In this document: piece after piece, positions 59,578 through 64,000 of the stretch
How positions within the stretch are numbered: the stretch's first letter is position 1
How the letters are laid out: each line of letters starts with the position of its first letter
IMG/VR virus record: IMGVR_UViG_3300042549_006728
DNA: 64,000 nt
Strand: one strand, 5' to 3'
DNA from: a virus
Lineage: Duplodnaviria; Heunggongvirae; Uroviricota; Caudoviricetes
Made by a program: the position numbers and the translations under genes
The notes under the pieces: generated by a model
What the model was told of the DNA's origin: nothing
The model's database searches: none
The model's input: the letters and a program-made list of their open reading frames with translations, nothing else

Positions 59578-59602
59578 ATAATATAAATATCACTTATTTT
59601 AT

Positions 59603-60532
59603 TCAGTAAGACAATTTATCAAGTAAAGTTTCGTTAAACTGATTCCAGTCTATGTCTCCATTACCACCATATCTGAAATGTCTATCTTCATTTATTCTTA
59701 TTTTTTCATCTGGTAATATTGGGTTATCTCCTCCCCCATAATAATTCTCTTGTTCTGCGATCTTCCATAAAATTTCCTCGGGTAATGCGTAACCTGATTC
59801 TATTTCATCCATTAAAACTTCCCCAAAATACGAATTATCTACTAATTCACCTAACTCTATTTCACCTTCGTATTGTAATTCATCATAGTTTTTACCTTGG
59901 CTATCTACTTTATTTGTTAGTTTACCGTTAAATCTACTCAAATAATCATTTATCGCATCTAAGATATCTGAATGTAATGAGTTGATATCTGCACTGTGCT
60001 GAGCATCTCCTGCAGCACAACCAATATCACTACCATACTCTGATTCTATAAACTCCTTAAAATCTTCTTCGTTTTCTTCACCATCTAAATTCTCTAAATA
60101 TTTTTCTTTTAATATTTTCATATTATTTTGATCAATTTTATCTATCAACCAATCATCAACATCAAAACATTCATAGTCATACCCATAATCGTAATCCCCT
60201 TCTAAAAAATTTTTCACAATTGTCTGTATACCATACTCACCGTCATTAAAAAATTCTGAAATCTCATTTGCGGTATATATAACAGGTATATAGTAAGGTG
60301 TCCTATTCTTATATTCAGTTAAATATTTATAAATGACATTAAATTCTTTCTCCGTTGATCCAAGATCTAAATCTTTTAGGGTGTTTTTCATAAATTTTTC
60401 TGGATCAGAATCAAATATCTTAAATAATTTATTATAAACATTTTCAGGAAATAATTCCCCAAATTTATCAATGTCCTCATCCGTAGAGTCATCACCAAAC
60501 TCTAATAATATTTTTCTAATTGTACCCTTCAT
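59603..60532 (-). CDS. leader-bearing highly acidic protein
   Basis: MKGTIRKILLE; weak resemblance to 36052..37089. Confidence 0.75.
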   Translation of the reverse strand: MKGTIRKILLEFGDDSTDEDIDKFGELFPENVYNKLFKIFDSDPEKFMKNTLKDLDLGSTEKEFNVIYKYLTEYKNRTPYYIPVIYTANEISEFFNDGEYGIQTIVKNFLEGDYDYGYDYECFDVDDWLIDKIDQNNMKILKEKYLENLDGEENEEDFKEFIESEYGSDIGCAAGDAQHSADINSLHSDILDAINDYLSRFNGKLTNKVDSQGKNYDELQYEGEIELGELVDNSYFGEVLMDEIESGYALPEEILWKIAEQENYYGGGDNPILPDEKIRINEDRHFRYGGNGDIDWNQFNETLLDKLSY

Positions 60533-61097
60533 TATATTCTATTTTTTCTATTAATCCATCTTGCATATATAGATAATCTTCATCAGTTAAATGATCCTCA
60601 AAACTTAATTTTGTATCATCATGTGCGTCATAACTATATAATCCATACCATTTTATGAATTCCATAAAATCCCCAACTTTCCTTATATCTAATTTTCTTT
60701 GTATTTCTCCACTATGTTTAGTCATATCAATAATAAAAGGTTGTTCAGTATATGAAAAAAAATCTTCGTATACTATTTCTGGTATATAATCAATAAAATT
60801 ATCTTTTTTCAGATTAAATGAGACTAAATCATAAACTTTCTCCGCATCAGTAACGGATAACCCAAAAGAATGTTGTATATGTTCTACAATTCTTTCTGCA
60901 AATATATTTTTTTTAGATAATTGAATATATAAACCACTTCTACTATCTGGAATTATTGGTTTACCGTCTAAATCAATAATAGTTGTTCTTACTTTTCCGT
61001 TCTCCAAAAAAAAATCATCCTTAATCATATTATAAATTCTCTTTATAATACCTTCTTGAGCAAATTCATTTAATATCTTCTTTATTTTGAAATTCAT
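60516..61097 (-). CDS. leader-bearing hypothetical protein
   Basis: MNFKIKKILNE; late motif at 61112-61121. Confidence 0.72.
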   Translation of the reverse strand: MNFKIKKILNEFAQEGIIKRIYNMIKDDFFLENGKVRTTIIDLDGKPIIPDSRSGLYIQLSKKNIFAERIVEHIQHSFGLSVTDAEKVYDLVSFNLKKDNFIDYIPEIVYEDFFSYTEQPFIIDMTKHSGEIQRKLDIRKVGDFMEFIKWYGLYSYDAHDDTKLSFEDHLTDEDYLYMQDGLIEKIEYNEGYN

Positions 61098-61156
61098 TCT
61101 TATTATTTTTATATAAATATACTTAAATTATAATAAAATATTTCTATATTTGTAGA

Positions 61157-61426
61157 ATGGAAAGAAAAAAAGTGAAAACTGAAACCATCAAAAACGATGA
61201 CTTCAAAAAAAGAGAGGTTGTGGAAGAGAAAAAAACCATCATTAAAAGTGTTTCTAATGACAGTAAAGTAAAATGGGAGAAGGTTAAAGGTGTTAGTGGG
61301 AAAATAATTAGATATAAAGTGGGAGATGTTACCAGAAAAGAAGAGTTATCTAAAAAAAAATACCGTCAACTTTATGTGGGGGTTGACGGTAATGATATTT
61401 ATTTTTATTATGAAATTATAGAATAA
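61157..61426 (+). CDS. basic hypothetical protein
   Basis: 89 aa; TATATTTG at 61145-61152. Confidence 0.6.
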   Translation: MERKKVKTETIKNDDFKKREVVEEKKTIIKSVSNDSKVKWEKVKGVSGKIIRYKVGDVTRKEELSKKKYRQLYVGVDGNDIYFYYEIIE

Positions 61427-61428
61427 TG

Positions 61429-61824
61429 TTATCTATTTCTCTCTCTTTCAGAAGTTATAGAGTTTTCTAAATCTTCCATTATTATATCATTTGTATCAAT
61501 TACCATTTGATATGCTTCTAATGCGTCTACAATATGTTTAGATAATCTTTCAAAAGAAACATTAGTCATATTAGATCTATTAGATTTGTCCATTATCTTT
61601 TCTAGTTCATACATTGTTTCCTCCATCTCTTCATTTAAGTCTTTAATCGATCCTGTCAATTCGTATACATATTTAGTATAATTATATCCTGTCCCTTTAA
61701 ACATACCACCGATACCCTTAATTGATGATATTAAACCTTCATTAGTGTTTTCACTATTTTCTACTATTCTTTTTAATTCAGTATTAGAAAGTTCTATAAC
61801 CTTACCATTTTTTTTGATTTTCAT
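61429..61824 (-). CDS. leader-bearing helical protein
   Basis: KVIELSNTELKRIVE; late motif at 61839-61848. Confidence 0.7.
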   Translation of the reverse strand: MKIKKNGKVIELSNTELKRIVENSENTNEGLISSIKGIGGMFKGTGYNYTKYVYELTGSIKDLNEEMEETMYELEKIMDKSNRSNMTNVSFERLSKHIVDALEAYQMVIDTNDIIMEDLENSITSERERNR

Positions 61825-61915
61825 AACCTATTTTATTTAATAAATATATTCTTATTAAGAAAAATTTTTTTTATTAATAAATTTTTCGTATATTTGTATT
61901 ATAAATTAATTGACT

Positions 61916-62320
61916 ATGATTTTTAAGTACACACAACCTAAAGGTGAGAAAGACATTAAATGTAATGGTGATTGTATGGTTAGAGCAGTAACTAATATCA
62001 CTAAAGAAGATTATAATAAAGTACATAAAATTATGTATGGTCACGGGTGGAGAGCTTCTAGAGGTTCGTCTAAAGGTAAATGGGAGGAACAAATTACTAA
62101 AACTCTTGATGAATTAGGATTTAAATTTAAAAGAATTTCCTTTCCTGGTGTGAAAGGACAAAATAGAATGACAGGTAGAGAACTGTCTATGTTGAACCCT
62201 AACAGTAGGTATATTATTAGAGTATCGAAACATGTGTCTGTATTGGATTGTGGTAAACTATTAGACACTTGGGATTGTTCTGATAAGTGTGTCTACTTTG
62301 TGTGGGAAATTATCAATTAG
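61916..62320 (+). CDS. papain/C39-like Cys-His-Asp protein
   Basis: GDCMVRAV...KHVSVLDCG.LLDTWDCS; TATATTTG at 61889-61896. Confidence 0.5.
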   Translation: MIFKYTQPKGEKDIKCNGDCMVRAVTNITKEDYNKVHKIMYGHGWRASRGSSKGKWEEQITKTLDELGFKFKRISFPGVKGQNRMTGRELSMLNPNSRYIIRVSKHVSVLDCGKLLDTWDCSDKCVYFVWEIIN

Positions 62321-62324
62321 AGGT

Positions 62325-62519
62325 ATGGAAAATAAAATAGTTAAATGTTGTAAAGAATGTCCTTGGGATATTAGGAATAAAAATAATGACTCAATAGTAG
62401 AACATTCTAAAAAATGGAAGAAGAAACATAATTGTCATATGTTGATAAAAGGTAGGGAATACAAACTTTGGGATGATTTCCCAAAGTTCCAGTGTATAGG
62501 GAACAAATCTATTTTTTAG
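62325..62519 (+). CDS. small Cys/His (Zn-binding) protein
   Basis: CCKECPW...HNCHM...QCIG; ATG at 62325. Confidence 0.6.
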   Translation: MENKIVKCCKECPWDIRNKNNDSIVEHSKKWKKKHNCHMLIKGREYKLWDDFPKFQCIGNKSIF

Positions 62520-63210
62520 TATCTACTTGATCCAATTCTTTAATTTTTTCTATTAGTTTTGCATACGTATTTTTTTCAGTTATCCCATTAGGATTTAATC
62601 CATTCTCTTTTTGGAATTTTCGTATTGCATCCATAGTAAATTTACCGTATTTAGAATCTACCCCATCTTTTTTTGGACCAAATTTACCGATAAAATAATC
62701 CATCTTAATTAACATAGTTTGTATTTCACCTACTAGGTTGTTATAACAACCTTTTCTAATGATACTACTACCTAATACGTCAGTTTCATCTGCGGCACAA
62801 TCGATTGTAGATTGTGTTTGTTTTTTTATGGTTTTACCACCACCCTCTAATCCGTAACAAACATTTTTTAAAAACAGACACACTTGTTCTTTATCTTTAG
62901 TCAGTTTTGTTTGAAATTCTCTAAGTTCTTCTATAATATCCTCAATAAATTCGTCGAGTACCACACTCTCCTCAACCTTCGATGAAGAAGAACAAAAATC
63001 TCCCTCTTTCACTACCTCTCTTTGGGTATCACCAAAAACATATATAACTTCTGAAGCAGATGTTTCTGCAACACACTCATTTTTATAAACTAACGTGTCA
63101 CCATTTTGGGTACTTTTCGCACAAACAGGATTCCATTCCCCACCACATTTATAGTAGTCTTCTTTAAGGATTAACTTATTAAACTGATTTTCAGTTATTT
63201 TAATTTTCAT
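62509..63210 (-). CDS. leader + Kazal-like domain + peptidoglycan-binding domain
   Basis: MKIKITENQFNKLILKE; CGGEWNPVC...YKNEC; IQTML...GVDSKYGKFTMDAIRKFQKENGL.PNGI. Confidence 0.7.
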   Translation of the reverse strand: MKIKITENQFNKLILKEDYYKCGGEWNPVCAKSTQNGDTLVYKNECVAETSASEVIYVFGDTQREVVKEGDFCSSSSKVEESVVLDEFIEDIIEELREFQTKLTKDKEQVCLFLKNVCYGLEGGGKTIKKQTQSTIDCAADETDVLGSSIIRKGCYNNLVGEIQTMLIKMDYFIGKFGPKKDGVDSKYGKFTMDAIRKFQKENGLNPNGITEKNTYAKLIEKIKELDQVDTKK

Positions 63211-63211
63211 C

Positions 63212-63451
63212 TTAATATTTACCGTTTATATATATAAATAAGACTTCAGGTATTCTCACACACTGACTCATATTACCATTCGAATCATAACAACCAATAA
63301 CCTCCAAACCCCTTACAATATTTTTAATGTCTCTAGGTGCCTTCATAGTAACATTTTCGACATATTGTTTATTGTATAATTTATTTGAATCATAAAATGA
63401 TTCATTTATAATTTTTTTTAGTTGGGATTCTGATATAATAATTTTTTTCAT
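63212..63451 (-). CDS. leader-bearing small protein
   Basis: Likely start MKKIIISESQLKKIINE at 63451. Confidence 0.7.
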   Translation of the reverse strand: MKKIIISESQLKKIINESFYDSNKLYNKQYVENVTMKAPRDIKNIVRGLEVIGCYDSNGNMSQCVRIPEVLFIYINGKY

Positions 63452-63452
63452 C

Positions 63453-64000
63453 TTAGTATGTTGCTTTATATCCATCACAATTTTTGATACACCAATCACC
63501 TAAAGCTTTAATTCTATTTTGTTCTTCAGTAGGTATACCTGTAGAAGGCATTTTATTAACATATCCAGTTGTAAATGTTTTACTACAAAGACTACAAGAT
63601 AAATCTTTTCCACTTTCTTTTTTATTACCTCTTAAACAAAACTCAAATCCTTTATAATCAGGATCTGTAACACTAAATATATATTTTTTAACACAGTCTT
63701 TTAAATTTTCACAATCAACTGTATCTATAATTTTTATGGGATCGATAATATAATCATCTATATCATCTTGCCAATCTTTGTCATCTTGCCAATCTTTGTT
63801 ATCTTGACAATTACAATCGGTACAAAATTTTGGTTTAGGTAATGATTTAGAGAATGACAATTTTTTACACATCATTTGCCAAGTATTAAACCCGACTTTA
63901 CCGTCAGCAGTTAACCCAAATTTGTTTTGAAACTCTTCTACTGCCCCTTTAGTTTGGTTTTTAAATACTCCATCACATTTCGTCCAGTCAGAATAACACC
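63453..64000 (-). CDS. Cys-rich protein with peptidoglycan-binding domain, truncated by window edge
   Basis: Frame open to the edge: CDGVFKNQTKGAVEEFQNKFGLTADGKVGFNTW (PG_binding_1); short KDWQDD repeats. Confidence 0.7.
   Translation of the reverse strand, partial: CYSDWTKCDGVFKNQTKGAVEEFQNKFGLTADGKVGFNTWQMMCKKLSFSKSLPKPKFCTDCNCQDNKDWQDDKDWQDDIDDYIIDPIKIIDTVDCENLKDCVKKYIFSVTDPDYKGFEFCLRGNKKESGKDLSCSLCSKTFTTGYVNKMPSTGIPTEEQNRIKALGDWCIKNCDGYKATY

Noticed and set aside
1943-62268. Many 60-140 aa ORFs antisense to or nested in long genes (e.g. 1943..2368, 22885..23181, 29018..29347, 50803..51177)
   Set aside because: They are shadow ORFs (Ser/Leu/Phe-rich mirrors of Lys/Glu-rich genes) with no motifs or promoters
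63764-63811. Short tandem repeat encoding KDWQDD
   Set aside because: Only 2-3 in-frame copies in a linker; ordinary slippage
1-64000. CRISPR array, tRNA, rRNA or large ncRNA
   Set aside because: No repeat-spacer periodicity or cloverleaf seen and intergenic gaps are short; not confirmed with tRNAscan/Infernal
1-64000. Stop-codon recoding as in some huge phages
   Set aside because: Conserved genes are full length in code 11, and TAG and TGA both end genes at sensible positions

Overview
AT-rich, gene-dense segment of a large T4-like (jumbo/huge) tailed phage genome, read in the standard code. The host is probably a Bacteroidota, inferred from several TTTG-N18-20-TAnnTTTG promoters and AT-rich leaders without Shine-Dalgarno sites. 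Contents: (i) a head module on the minus strand (terminase large subunit, portal, prohead protease, scaffold, major capsid protein); (ii) a gp55-like sigma factor followed by baseplate/spike-like genes; (iii) a cluster of about 8 glycosyltransferase(-like) genes with a SAM methyltransferase, SET-domain protein, PhoH, dUTPase and degenerate HD and HAD proteins; (iv) ThyA, an N4C/N6A DNA methyltransferase, ClpC and a Pol-beta-type nucleotidyltransferase; (v) a long accessory array. The most striking pattern is that more than 20 otherwise unrelated ORFs share short N-terminal leaders (MKIIITESQxKRLLxE, MKxIIRKILKE, NLTEELxRIKxLM) ending at (L/I)-x-E, the site type cut by gp21-like proteases. Most of them, or the first gene of their run, sit behind a conserved ATATTTAT motif. 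The cargo domains include lysozyme+SH3, Kazal+PG-binding, OmpA-like, LRR, HEXXH peptidase, NTase and acidic proteins. This suggests a modular capsid-loading and injection system. All assignments come from reading motifs by eye; no database searches were run.
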